From positions 4,320,001-4,384,000 of the forward strand of contig CBDCWI010000002.1 of assembly GCA_965223325.1 (NCBI GenBank): DNA of 64,000 bases, in the 5' to 3' direction. Position numbers and translations under genes: made by a program. The first letter of the stretch is position 1; every line of letters begins with the position of its first letter. The stretch is from Candidatus Multivoradales bacterium (GTDB lineage: Bacteria > Acidobacteriota > Thermoanaerobaculia > Multivoradales > Multivoraceae). The notes below the pieces were generated by a model, which saw only the letters and a list, made by a program, of their open reading frames with translations, did not search any database and was not told where the DNA came from. Shown here piece after piece: positions 28,571 to 37,894 of the stretch.

Positions 28571-29358
28571 AGAACGGGCGTTCTGGCGAACGCCGGCGAC
28601 TGGCGCTGGTGGGCTACGGCAGCTTCGGCCGCTTTGCCGCCCATCACCTGGCCGAGCACTTCCAGGTTCGCGCCTGGGACAGCCAAGCGGTGCGCTGCGA
28701 GCAGGCGGCTTCGGACGGTTTCCTCAGCGACGACGGTGGTCTCGGAAGCCTGGTCTCCGAGAGTGATCTGGTGGTCCCGGCGGTTCCCGTGCAAACGCTC
28801 GCGGCGCTCCTCGAGGAGCTCGAGCCCTACTGGAGTCCAGGAACTCTGGTGGTCGACGTCTCCTCGGTGAAGACCCGACCCATGGAGCAGCTCGACCGCG
28901 CCCTACCTCCGGGTGTCGAGTTCGTTGGAACCCACCCGATGTTCGGTGCACAAAGTGGTCGCGCGGGGATCAGAGGGCTACCGATCGCCGTTTGTGGTGG
29001 GCGCATCGGTGCGCCACGGCTCGAGAGGGTGTGTTCGTTCTTTGCTTCCGACCTCGGTCTCGAGGTCCGGCGCCTCACCGCCGAGGAACACGATCGCGAG
29101 ATGGCTTACGTCCAGGGCCTGACCCATTGGATGGCCCGGGCGTTGCGCTCCCTCGACCTTCCGGACGCGCCGGTCACCACCGTTGCCTACCGTCACATGA
29201 TGCGCATTGAGGAGAACCTGCGCGATGACTCGTGGGAGCTCTTCCGTTCGATCGCTGGCGAGAACCCCTATGCCGCCACGGCGCGAGCCGACCTGCTCGA
29301 GCGTCTCGTGCGTTTGGCCCGGGCGGTCGAGAGCGACGAGGACATCGAGCCCGTTTGA
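28567..29358 (+). CDS. tyrA: Prephenate/arogenate dehydrogenase
   Basis: Rossmann LVGYGSFG, DVSSVK, GTHPMFG, EEHDREMAYVQGLTH. GTG 28567. Confidence 0.88.
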   Translation: MKNGRSGERRRLALVGYGSFGRFAAHHLAEHFQVRAWDSQAVRCEQAASDGFLSDDGGLGSLVSESDLVVPAVPVQTLAALLEELEPYWSPGTLVVDVSSVKTRPMEQLDRALPPGVEFVGTHPMFGAQSGRAGIRGLPIAVCGGRIGAPRLERVCSFFASDLGLEVRRLTAEEHDREMAYVQGLTHWMARALRSLDLPDAPVTTVAYRHMMRIEENLRDDSWELFRSIAGENPYAATARADLLERLVRLARAVESDEDIEPV

Positions 29359-29368
29359 GCCGCCCGCT

Positions 29369-29929
29369 CTAGGCGGCGTGTTGCGAGCGGCGCCGCGAAC
29401 GCTCGTGATCGCGCTCGCTTCTTCCGGGTGCGAGCGCCTGCTCGAGTGCGTGACGCAGCTCGGCGGAACCTTCGAGAACGACCGGTGAACGGACCTCGGA
29501 GCTCCAGTGTTCGATCCGCACGCCGCCGGCGACTGAACCGATGTCGCGCACCGTGCGGAGGGGGATGAAGCCGCGTCCGGCTCCTGGTACGGTCACCTCG
29601 AGGCCTTCGGGCAGCAGTCGCCACTGCAGCGTTTCGTAGTGAATGCTGCCGATCGAACCTTCCACCGAGTTGGCGTGCAGGAGGGCGCGACCGCGGCGGC
29701 GCTGGCGTTGGCGACGGCGGCCGAGAACTGAGCGCCGCGCCGGGAAGGCGAGCAGACTGCGAACGATGTTGATCGCCGGCAGGGCACCAGCGATCACCAA
29801 CAGCCAGAAGGCAGGTTCTAGACGCCCTTCGGGCGCTACAAGCACACCAGCGACGAGAAACAGCCCCCAGGCGATGGCGTAGGTGCGCCACAACCATGCG
29901 TCCAGGGTGCGGATCTGTTGCTGGGTCAT
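29369..29929 (-). CDS. Hypothetical membrane protein
   Basis: RBS GGAGG before ATG 29929; two TM helices then a soluble domain. Confidence 0.6.
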   Translation of the reverse strand: MTQQQIRTLDAWLWRTYAIAWGLFLVAGVLVAPEGRLEPAFWLLVIAGALPAINIVRSLLAFPARRSVLGRRRQRQRRRGRALLHANSVEGSIGSIHYETLQWRLLPEGLEVTVPGAGRGFIPLRTVRDIGSVAGGVRIEHWSSEVRSPVVLEGSAELRHALEQALAPGRSERDHERSRRRSQHAA

Positions 29930-30235
29930 TCGGGGCCTCCTCGTATCGTGTCCTGCCGACCTGGTCGGCAAACATGCATCAGTTCGCATGTGTAGAACAT
30001 GAAAAGCAAAAACGGGGCCAACTCTCATGGAGGGTCGCCGCTGGATCGAGGAGGCACCGCAAACCCAACAAACTGGGCGCTCGCTCACACACTTGTGCGC
30101 CCGGCGCACGAGCGGTCGGGCCGAATCGACGCACCTCCCCCGCCATGTCAGGTACATCCTGGTACGCGTCAGGGCCTGTAGCGCAGGTCAGCTTTCGTCG
30201 ATGCGCGAGCTTTTCGAGGTTCGGTTGCGCCGCTC

Positions 30236-31396
30236 TCAGCCCGTCGGGTCTTCAACGGGCGGCAGTGCTCCGGGCGCTCGCGCGATACGCCAGACCCCGA
30301 CGGTGAGGAGGGGCAGGGCGAGAAGCAGCAGGAACCCCCACGAGAGGTAGCCGTAGCCGCGTGCGACCAGGTCGGTGATTCCGAGGCGTGCGAGCACCAT
30401 GGCAGTGGCGAGAATGCCAACGGAGATTGCCGCACGCTGCCAGGGCGAGAGATGCCTCGAGGCTGGGCGCAACGCGGCGGGAAGGTCATCGAGGTTGTGC
30501 TCGATCCGATCGACGACGGCGTGAATCGCGCCGACGGCGGTTTCGAGCAGCGTCCAACCCGCGACCACACCGAACATTGCGATCCAGAGACCGGCGCCGC
30601 CCCTTCCGTTGCCCGCCCACTCGAGCATTGGCAGCCACGGGGCTTCGGCGTCCATGACCTTCGCGTCGGGCCAGAAGCGCATCAAGCAGAGAAAGGTGAG
30701 GGCGAAGGGGATCGTCATCGCAGCCCCGGTGATGAGGCCAGACGACATGGTTTCGGTGCGCTTGTTCTGCCGCCACAGGCAGAACAAGACGGGCGGGAAC
30801 GTCGCCAGGTTGTAGCCCACGTACTGCAGGGCCTTGATCACGATGGCACCGGTCGTTGCCGGGGCCACGGCGGTAGCGGCGTGAGCGGCCGGAGCCGGCG
30901 CAGTGAGAATCAAGATCGCAAAGGAGATCCAGGCGAGGTAGAGCAGAACGCTGCCCAGGGTCTTGAAGCGTTCGATGAAGTGGGTGCCGCGCCACGCCAG
31001 AAGAGCCACCATGAAGAAGGCGACCGCCAGGCCCACCTCGTACGGCATGCCGATCGTCTGCTCGAGAATGCTGCCGATCGCAGCCGCCATCACCGCCATC
31101 ACCAACATCATCATGGCGAGCAGGAGCAGATCGAACAGCGGCCACAGCGGCCCGATCAGGAGGCGCACCCAGGCTTTGTAGTCGTAGGCCCTCCCGACGC
31201 GGGCGAGCTCGAAGCTCAAGATCGCCATTACCGAGAACCCACCGAAGATGACGAAGACCGAAAGCCAACCAGCCGGTCCGTAGCGCGCGGCGTACTCGAC
31301 GATCTCTCGACCGGTCGAATACGCACCACCCATGATCATCGACTGCGCGATGATCGCCGGCAAGAGGAACCTGGAAAAGCGGCTCGGGTCAGACAC
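30236..31396 (-). CDS. Multi-TM transporter-like protein (YkvI-like)
   Basis: MGGAYSTGREIVEY motif and about 10 TM helices. Confidence 0.85.
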   Translation of the reverse strand: MSDPSRFSRFLLPAIIAQSMIMGGAYSTGREIVEYAARYGPAGWLSVFVIFGGFSVMAILSFELARVGRAYDYKAWVRLLIGPLWPLFDLLLLAMMMLVMAVMAAAIGSILEQTIGMPYEVGLAVAFFMVALLAWRGTHFIERFKTLGSVLLYLAWISFAILILTAPAPAAHAATAVAPATTGAIVIKALQYVGYNLATFPPVLFCLWRQNKRTETMSSGLITGAAMTIPFALTFLCLMRFWPDAKVMDAEAPWLPMLEWAGNGRGGAGLWIAMFGVVAGWTLLETAVGAIHAVVDRIEHNLDDLPAALRPASRHLSPWQRAAISVGILATAMVLARLGITDLVARGYGYLSWGFLLLLALPLLTVGVWRIARAPGALPPVEDPTG

Positions 31397-31467
31397 GCGA
31401 GCTCCGCGGTGCAAGTGAGAAAGGGGAGGTGGCTCGCGGTCCCAGGAAACGATCTTGACCGGGGGTT

Positions 31468-32262
31468 CTACGAGAGCCAGCGCTTACGGCGTTTGTAGTG
31501 CTTGACGTCGCGGTAGGACTTCTTCTTGCCGACCTGGGTGAGCCCGAGGTAGAACTCGCGAACGTCTGCATTGTCGCGTAGCTCGGCAGGCGGGCCTTCG
31601 AGCACCACGCGGCCGCCCTCCATGATGTAGCCGTAGTCGGCAATCTCGAGTGCGCGGGTGGCGTTCTGCTCGACCAGGAGGATCGAAGTGCCCTCTTCCT
31701 GGTTGATGCGTTCGATGATGTGAAAGATCTCCTCGACCAGGAGTGGGGCGAGCCCTAGCGACGGTTCGTCGAGCAGCATGACCTTCGGGCGCGCCATCAT
31801 CGCCCTGCCAATCGCGAGCATCTGCTGCTCGCCACCGGAGAGGTACCCCGCCTGTTGATGGCGCCGCTCGCGCAACTTGGCGAAGAAGTCATAGACCCGC
31901 TCGATGTCGGCGCGCATCAGGGCGGGATCAGAGCGTGTGTAGCCGCCCGCGATCAGGTTCTCTTTGACGGTCAGGTGTTCGAAGACCCGTCGCCCCTCCA
32001 TGACCTGAAAGATCCCGCGACGAACGACATCTTCGGCGTGCAGCCGGTCGATTCGCTCGCCGAGAAACTCGATGTTGCCGTCGGTGACCGCGCCGTCTTC
32101 GGGCTCGAGCAGGCCACTGATCGCCTTCAAAGTCGTCGACTTGCCGGCGCCGTTGGTGCCTAAGAGCGCAGCGATTTGTCCGGCCTTGACCTCGAGGGAA
32201 AGCCCCTTGAGCACCAGCACGACATCGTTATAGATGACTTCGATGTTGTTGAGTTGGAGCAT
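31468..32262 (-). CDS. LIV-type ABC transporter ATP-binding protein (LivF-like)
   Basis: GTNGAGKST, LSGGEQQM, LLDEPS, VEQN; tail YRDVKHYKRRKRWL. Confidence 0.95.
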   Translation of the reverse strand: MLQLNNIEVIYNDVVLVLKGLSLEVKAGQIAALLGTNGAGKSTTLKAISGLLEPEDGAVTDGNIEFLGERIDRLHAEDVVRRGIFQVMEGRRVFEHLTVKENLIAGGYTRSDPALMRADIERVYDFFAKLRERRHQQAGYLSGGEQQMLAIGRAMMARPKVMLLDEPSLGLAPLLVEEIFHIIERINQEEGTSILLVEQNATRALEIADYGYIMEGGRVVLEGPPAELRDNADVREFYLGLTQVGKKKSYRDVKHYKRRKRWLS

Positions 32263-32282
32263 GAAAGAGTGGCAGCGAACTC

Positions 32283-33503
32283 CTACTCGACGATGCGCAG
32301 GTCGGTGGCAGGCTCCCAGGTGGCGTCGTTGACTGAGAAGATCCGCATGCCCTTGATGCCGCGGTGGTCACTCGAGCTGTAGCTCACCGGCGCAGTGACG
32401 CCGCCGGTCTCGAAACCGTCGAGCGTTTCGAGGGCCGCCTTGATGGCCTGGCCGGTTACCGGCTCGCCAGTTGCGGCGGCGCGTTCGATGCCTTCCGCCA
32501 TGATGCCCATTGTCCACCAGCCCTGGACGAACAGGAGGCCCTTCTCGCGCAGCGACTCGCCGCGACCGTCGAGGTAGGCCTGAGCATCGGCGAGCCCCTC
32601 GACGCCGGTGATCGGTGGCGAGTAGATGACCGAGCCGAGGACGCCCTGGGCGGCGCTTCCGGCCAGCGAAGTCAGAACCTCATTCGAGCACCAGTTGAGG
32701 CAGGCGAAGCGCAGGTCGAGGCCGAGGTCGTCAGCGTTGCGCAGCGCGGTCGCCACAGGGGCGGAGGTGGTCTGGAAAACGATCCACTCGATCCCGGAGT
32801 CGGCGATGCGAGTCAGCTGGGCGGTGTAGTCGGTTGCGCCGCGGGGCATCTCGAAGGCTTCGAGCGTCACCCCGACGGACTCGGCGTACTCGCGGCCGCC
32901 CTGCTGGTAGGGCGACAGGCCAAAAGGACTGGGATGATGCATCAAGGCGACCTGAGACAGCCCCGGATCCTGCTCGCGCATGTAGTCGAGCATGATCATC
33001 AACTGATGGGTGTAGCTGGTGCCGGAGAGGAAGTTGTAGGGCGCTTCGCCAGGCTCACCGAGCACGTGCGAGTACGAAGCCGACATGAAGGGAATGTGAT
33101 CGTCTGCAATGCGGCCGCGCAGGGCCTCGGTGTCGCCGGTACCCCAGCCCATGAAGGCGACCGCCCCTTCGCCGACGTATTGCGAGTACAGCTGCTCAGC
33201 CTGGTCGACTTTGTAGCCGTAGTCCTGGTAGAGAAGGTCGATCGGCCGGCCGTTGATGCCGCCGTTCTCGTTGCGCCAGTCAACGTAGGCGCGGATTCCC
33301 TCAGCGTAGGTCGTACCGACGTCAGAAGTGACGCCCGTGAGGTCGAAGATCGCCCCCACCTTGATCGGTGCGTCGGGGCTCGTGCTGTCGACCGCCGCCT
33401 CGCGATCGCCGCCGCAGGCGCTCATGAGGCTAAGGATGCCGAGAATGGTCAGCGAGATGAAGAGGGAACCGATACGGGTCGGCGTAGCGAGTCTGCGCAG
33501 CAT
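32283..33503 (-). CDS. LIV-type ABC transporter substrate-binding lipoprotein
   Basis: Lipobox MSAC, IKVGAIFDLTG, GGINGRPI, GWGTGDT; RBS GGAGGAG before ATG 33503. Confidence 0.92.
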   Translation of the reverse strand: MLRRLATPTRIGSLFISLTILGILSLMSACGGDREAAVDSTSPDAPIKVGAIFDLTGVTSDVGTTYAEGIRAYVDWRNENGGINGRPIDLLYQDYGYKVDQAEQLYSQYVGEGAVAFMGWGTGDTEALRGRIADDHIPFMSASYSHVLGEPGEAPYNFLSGTSYTHQLMIMLDYMREQDPGLSQVALMHHPSPFGLSPYQQGGREYAESVGVTLEAFEMPRGATDYTAQLTRIADSGIEWIVFQTTSAPVATALRNADDLGLDLRFACLNWCSNEVLTSLAGSAAQGVLGSVIYSPPITGVEGLADAQAYLDGRGESLREKGLLFVQGWWTMGIMAEGIERAAATGEPVTGQAIKAALETLDGFETGGVTAPVSYSSSDHRGIKGMRIFSVNDATWEPATDLRIVE

Positions 33504-33598
33504 GAGTTCTCCTCCGGAGCAATGGATGGCTCCGTGGTCGATGGGCCGCGGCAGCGGCCTCCCTCGACACGATGAATCAATGGGACGTCGACCCATTG

Positions 33599-33739
33599 TA
33601 CGACCCATCCGCCCTGTGGCTAGCCCGGTGTTGAGTTCCATCGTGGTCAGGAATCCGCGGCGCGCGCCAAGCGAGCGAAGGTCGACGCCATTTCGTCAAC
33701 GCGACGTGGTTGGCAAGGGGCCGCGCTGCGGGACGCTTG
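33599..33739 (+). repeat. Diverged member of the 284-bp repeat family (5' exon of intron copy 1; continues about 35650-35686)
   Basis: Same ordered motifs as the array unit: TAyGACC...GTCA, GAATCCG..GGCGCGCGCCmAGCGA, CCGCGCTnCGGnnCGCTTG|CGCCG, GGrGyCGTGGTAACG. Confidence 0.55.
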
Positions 33740-35649
33740 GATACGCCGGGATAAACCGGCATGGAGAAAGGAATGAGAGAGTCCCACCCTCGAAGGGGTA
33801 GCGACCCAGAGGGTCCCCGAGTCATGCGCCGGCTCCCGCGAGGGTGCGGTGAAGCGTTGACAGGGGCACACACAGGCCGGGTATTGAGCCGCGAAATAAG
33901 AATTTGGGAGTGCCGACGCTGTCAAGCGAAGCGGAAGGCGAGACTCCGTAGCGCGCTATCGCGAGCTCTGCGGCGACTCCCCGCGGTCGTAGACCCTGTG
34001 CATGTGTGGAATCTCCATGCGCGAGAACCGGGAGATCCGCGATCTGGCCAGTTGGGTATCTGGTCCGCATCGGGAAGGCTAGAGGCCGTAAGCCGATGAC
34101 GCACGGATGGCGGAAGTCAGACAGGCCCGTAGTACCTGCGAAGTCGTCGAACAACGGTGGGAGACCAGCGGCGGAGGCGGTGGAGGGAAGGGGCCTGGCC
34201 AAGGGGAACACGGGCAAGCAAAACGCACCCCGGACACAGAGCCGGATGGAGAGTGCGAGCAATGCGCTGGGCCGTGTACGAGAAGCCGCCCGCAGGGGCA
34301 AGGAAGTGAAGTTCACAGCGCTTCTTCACCACATCACGGTCGAGCGACTCCGGAGCGCATTTGACGTGTTGCACCGAGACGCAGCGGCAGGAGTGGACGG
34401 AGTGTCATGGAGCGAGTACGCAGAATCTTTGCTGAGCAATCTCGAGGACCTGCACTCTCGTGTCCACCGTGGGAGCTACCGGGCGAGTGCGACTCGTCGC
34501 GTCTACATCGAGAAATCGGATGGGCGGTTCCGACCGCTTGGCATCGCCACGTTGGAGGACAAGATCCTTCAGCGCGCCGTCGTCTCGGTGTTGGATGCGA
34601 TCTACGAGGAAGACTTTCTCGGGTACTCATACGGATTCAGGCGAGGCCGCAGCCAGCACGATGCTTTGGATGCGCTATTCGTTGGAATCACAAAGCGGAA
34701 GGTGAACTGGGTGCTCGACGCAGACATTCGTGGGTTCTTCGATGCCCTGGACCACGAGTGGCTGGTGAAGTTTCTCGAGCACCGTATCGGAGACCGTAGG
34801 ATCCTTCGCCTCATCCAGAAATGGCTGAGGTCCGGAGTGATGGAAGACGGTAAGTGGCACGCGAGCACGCGGGGGACTCCTCAGGGGGCGACGATTTCGC
34901 CTCTCCTCGGGAACGTGTACCTGCACTACGTGCTCGATCTCTGGGTCCAGCAGTGGAGGAAACGCAACGCGCTTGGGGACATGATCTTCGTGCGCTACGC
35001 GGATGACTTCATCGTTGGATTTGAGAGGCAGGAGGAGGCAGAACGATTCCTCGAGGAACTGAACCTGCGACTCCGTGACTTCTCGTTGGAGATCCAACCC
35101 GAGAAGACGCGCCTGCTGGAGTTTGGCCGCTTTGCGGCCTACAACCGACGCGCGCGAGGTCTCGGGCGGCCGGAGACCTTCGAGTTTCTAGGCTTTACGC
35201 ACTGCTGTGCGCAGTCTAGTCGAGGGAGGTTCTTGCTGAAGCGCATCACGAGCCGCCACCGAATCCGCAGGACACTGAAGGCTGTCGGTACGGCCCTTCT
35301 GGGACACCGACACTCGCCGCTACCAGAGCAAGGTCTCTGGCTGGGATCCGTGGTGCGAGGCTTCAATGCCTACTACGGCGTACCCGGCAACTCAGCGGCG
35401 TTGAACGCCTTTCGACAGGAGGTCATTCGGCACTGGATGCGCGCTCTGCGCCGACGCAGTGACAAAGACCGCACGTCCTGGAAACGGATGTGGGCCCTGG
35501 TGGCCCACTACCTACCCAAAGCCCGAGTCCAACATCCCTGGCCTGATGAGCGACTTGTCGTCAATACCTGAGGCAGGAGCCCAGTGCATTAGCAGTGCAC
35601 GCTGGGATCTGTGCGGGGGGCGCCGGGCAACCGGCGCTCCTACCGCGAT
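33740..35649 (+). mobile_element. Group II intron, copy 1 (IIB-like, resembles bacterial class E; 1,910 nt)
   Basis: RT ORF. Domain V GAGCCCAGTGCATTAGCAGTGCACGCTGGGATC (AGC triad); domain VI hairpin with A at -8; ends AT. EBS1 CAAGCG (33923-33928) is complementary to exon CGCTTG (33734-33739). Class assignment is from memory of family features. Confidence 0.95.
34096..35571 (+). CDS. ltrA: Group II intron reverse transcriptase/maturase (no HNH endonuclease domain)
   Basis: AAGVDG, RPLGI..EDKI.Q, SYGFR.GRS.HDA, DADIRGFFD, GTPQG, RYADD, TFEFLGF; ends HPWPDERL. Confidence 0.97.
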   Translation: MTHGWRKSDRPVVPAKSSNNGGRPAAEAVEGRGLAKGNTGKQNAPRTQSRMESASNALGRVREAARRGKEVKFTALLHHITVERLRSAFDVLHRDAAAGVDGVSWSEYAESLLSNLEDLHSRVHRGSYRASATRRVYIEKSDGRFRPLGIATLEDKILQRAVVSVLDAIYEEDFLGYSYGFRRGRSQHDALDALFVGITKRKVNWVLDADIRGFFDALDHEWLVKFLEHRIGDRRILRLIQKWLRSGVMEDGKWHASTRGTPQGATISPLLGNVYLHYVLDLWVQQWRKRNALGDMIFVRYADDFIVGFERQEEAERFLEELNLRLRDFSLEIQPEKTRLLEFGRFAAYNRRARGLGRPETFEFLGFTHCCAQSSRGRFLLKRITSRHRIRRTLKAVGTALLGHRHSPLPEQGLWLGSVVRGFNAYYGVPGNSAALNAFRQEVIRHWMRALRRRSDKDRTSWKRMWALVAHYLPKARVQHPWPDERLVVNT

Positions 35650-35777
35650 CGCCGCAAGAGTGATGAGTAGCGGAGCCGTGGTAACGCCTTTTCGAGGTCG
35701 AAGAAGCGGCAACTCCGGGCCGTCAACGAGTCACCGAAGAGGCCCTTCTGGCAGAGGCCGCAAAACCACGGCCCCCG

Positions 35778-36566
35778 CTACAAGAAGCCGAAGATCGCGA
35801 CGAAGTGGATCGCTGCGCCGACGAGGCCGAAGACGTGCCAGACCGTGTGGCCGTAGGGCAGGTTGTGCCATAGATAGAAGGCTCCGCCAAGGGTGTAGGC
35901 CAGGCCGCCGGCGAGGAACAGGGTCCAGGCCATTGGGGGCAGGGCAGCGGTAGCAGTGGGATACACCAGAAAGATGCTCCAACCCAGAGCGGCGTACGAA
36001 CCAACACACCAGCGCCGGTGCCAGACGCTGCTGCAGTGGTGTTTCCGGGTCACCAGCTTGAGGACGATCCCGGTGGCGGCGGCACTCCACACGGCACCCA
36101 ACAGGGGGACACCCACCGAGTGGTCGAGCCCGAGCAGGCAGAAGGGGGTGTAGGTACCGGCGATGAAGAGGTAGATCGCACAGTGATCGACGACCTGAAA
36201 AAGGGCACGGCGGGCCGGCTGAAGCTCGGCATGAAAGAGGGTCGAGGCAAGAAAGAGAAGAACCAGTGTGGCGCAATACAAAGCGCTGGCCGCAAAGGGA
36301 AGCAGAGACGTTTCGTAGGCGAGCCGAGTGAGCACCAGGCCCGAGGCGCCAGCGGCGGCGACCAGCCCGGCGGCATGGGTGACGATCTCAGCGAGGTCCT
36401 CGGTCGGTCGCCGGCGCGGGCGTGCGCTGGCCTTCTTCTTGGGGGCCTCCACCCTGATGGTTCGAGCGTCGACGGCGAGGCCTGTCTCGCTGGCCCGCCG
36501 GACTCTCTGACCGCCGAGCGTGGTGCGTGCGGGGATTGGTAGCAGGGTAACTTCGGTGGTGGACAT
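35778..36566 (-). CDS. Hemolysin III / PAQR family membrane protein
   Basis: STLFH, DHCAIYLFIAGTYTPF, GGLAYTLG, HTVWHVF. Confidence 0.93.
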   Translation of the reverse strand: MSTTEVTLLPIPARTTLGGQRVRRASETGLAVDARTIRVEAPKKKASARPRRRPTEDLAEIVTHAAGLVAAAGASGLVLTRLAYETSLLPFAASALYCATLVLLFLASTLFHAELQPARRALFQVVDHCAIYLFIAGTYTPFCLLGLDHSVGVPLLGAVWSAAATGIVLKLVTRKHHCSSVWHRRWCVGSYAALGWSIFLVYPTATAALPPMAWTLFLAGGLAYTLGGAFYLWHNLPYGHTVWHVFGLVGAAIHFVAIFGFL

Positions 36567-36634
36567 GGCTTATTGCAGGAGGAGACCGTCGAGATGGAGA
36601 GGTGGTTCAGGGCCAGGGCTGTGGACTGCCTCGC

Positions 36635-36862
36635 TCAGGCGACGTGGTGGCGGCGGAATTCGAGGTGCGACGAGGCTTCTGCGTACGTCGTCGAGGTCGC
36701 CGCTGCGCTCTTGGCCTGGCGCCGGGTCGAGAACTGGTCGAGTTCGACCGCCAGCAGAGAGAGGTCGTCGTCACTGAGTTGGTCGTCGAGCGCCGTCCAG
36801 CTCCAATCGTTTCGGTGAAGGAGGTCGTCTAGCCGGTCTGCGATGGCGGTGGTCGGTTTCAT
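36635..36862 (-). CDS. Small hypothetical protein
   Basis: 75-aa ORF with GGAG RBS upstream; no motif. Confidence 0.45.
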   Translation of the reverse strand: MKPTTAIADRLDDLLHRNDWSWTALDDQLSDDDLSLLAVELDQFSTRRQAKSAAATSTTYAEASSHLEFRRHHVA

Positions 36863-37068
36863 GATCGGTGGTCTCCGGTTGCTGCTCGATGGCTTCTGCC
36901 GCTGCTTCTTCGCTCAGGCCTCTGGTACTGCAGTGCGCGTGCCAGGGCTCGTTTCAGGGCGGTCGCCACCAGGAACAACCCAGTAAATACCCTCAGAGGG
37001 CTGTTTCAACGCGGCGCGTGGCATTCGCGGTGGTGACTTCGGTGGCAGCCAAGTGGGCACAAGTGGAA

Positions 37069-37095
37069 CTCTGGCTCCATTGGCTGGAGCCAGAG
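37069..37095. terminator. Perfect 11-bp hairpin, possible terminator
   Basis: CTCTGGCTCCA-ttggc-TGGAGCCAGAG about 30 nt downstream of the 37125..37694 gene. Confidence 0.5.
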
Positions 37096-37124
37096 CTCTC
37101 CTCCGTGACGTCGAGTGAAGGCTG

Positions 37125-37694
37125 CTAAGCGTTCTTCCGGTTGTTCCACCAGTTGAGGGCGCCGCGCGCCAGGGTTGCCCAGATACCGTTGCGCTGTTCC
37201 TGGACTTCACCGCCGCGCGACTCGCGGTAGCGGTCGATACCCCAGTCGACGACTCGGGTGAACCAGTTCTTCTTCTTGGTCGTACCGTCGGCTCCCGCCT
37301 CGGGCGCCAGCCCGCTGCGGTAACGGCGATAGCGGCTGACACCCCAGTCGGCGAGTTTGGCGAACCATCCACCCTTGGTGGCCGAGGTGGGTTCGCCCGT
37401 GCGGTAGGTCTTGAAGCGATCTACACCCCAGTCGACCAGGTTCTGCCACCAACGGTCCGGCTTGCCCTGGGAGCGCCGGTCTTCGCTGCGCTGCCACCAA
37501 TCGCCGAGCAAGCGGGTGAGCCAACCACCTTGCTGCTTGGGGCTTGCCTGCTGGGGCGCGGCTTGACTGTTGTAGGTGCGGGGGGTTTCGTTGCCATCGA
37601 CGGGGGCGCTTTGCGGGCGGGCCACCTGAACGTCGGCGGAGTACGTGCTCGCCACCTGGCGTGCGGTTGCGTTCTGAATTCCAGCTAGAGACAT
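37125..37694 (-). CDS. Orphan protein with Trp-rich amphipathic repeats
   Basis: RBS AAGGAGG before ATG 37694; repeats WWQNLVDWGVDRF, WFAKLADWGVSRY, WFTRVVDWGIDRY. Confidence 0.8.
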   Translation of the reverse strand: MSLAGIQNATARQVASTYSADVQVARPQSAPVDGNETPRTYNSQAAPQQASPKQQGGWLTRLLGDWWQRSEDRRSQGKPDRWWQNLVDWGVDRFKTYRTGEPTSATKGGWFAKLADWGVSRYRRYRSGLAPEAGADGTTKKKNWFTRVVDWGIDRYRESRGGEVQEQRNGIWATLARGALNWWNNRKNA

Positions 37695-37894
37695 CGGACA
37701 GGCCCTCCTTTTGAGGTCTTGATTCGTGTTCTGGGCCTCGGCCACCGGCGGTGGTCGCGGGTTCAGAGGGCTCTTCCGGAAGGCGCCGGCTTTGTTACCG
37801 GTCGGACCGGTCGAAACAGGGGTGTAACGAATCTGGCTCAGGTCGGAAGGGAAAGAGAGACGACAGATCGAACCCCTTTCACTGGAGTTTTCCC

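Noticed and set aside
33761-34099. 112-aa ORF MEKGMRESHPRRG... (and its twin at 47674)
   Set aside because: It overlaps ribozyme domain I, so it is most likely a spurious ORF.
34096-35571. DGR, retron or defence RT
   Set aside because: The RT lies within a full group II ribozyme (DV, DVI, EBS1-IBS1). I saw no TR/VR pair with adenine-specific differences and no msr/msd.
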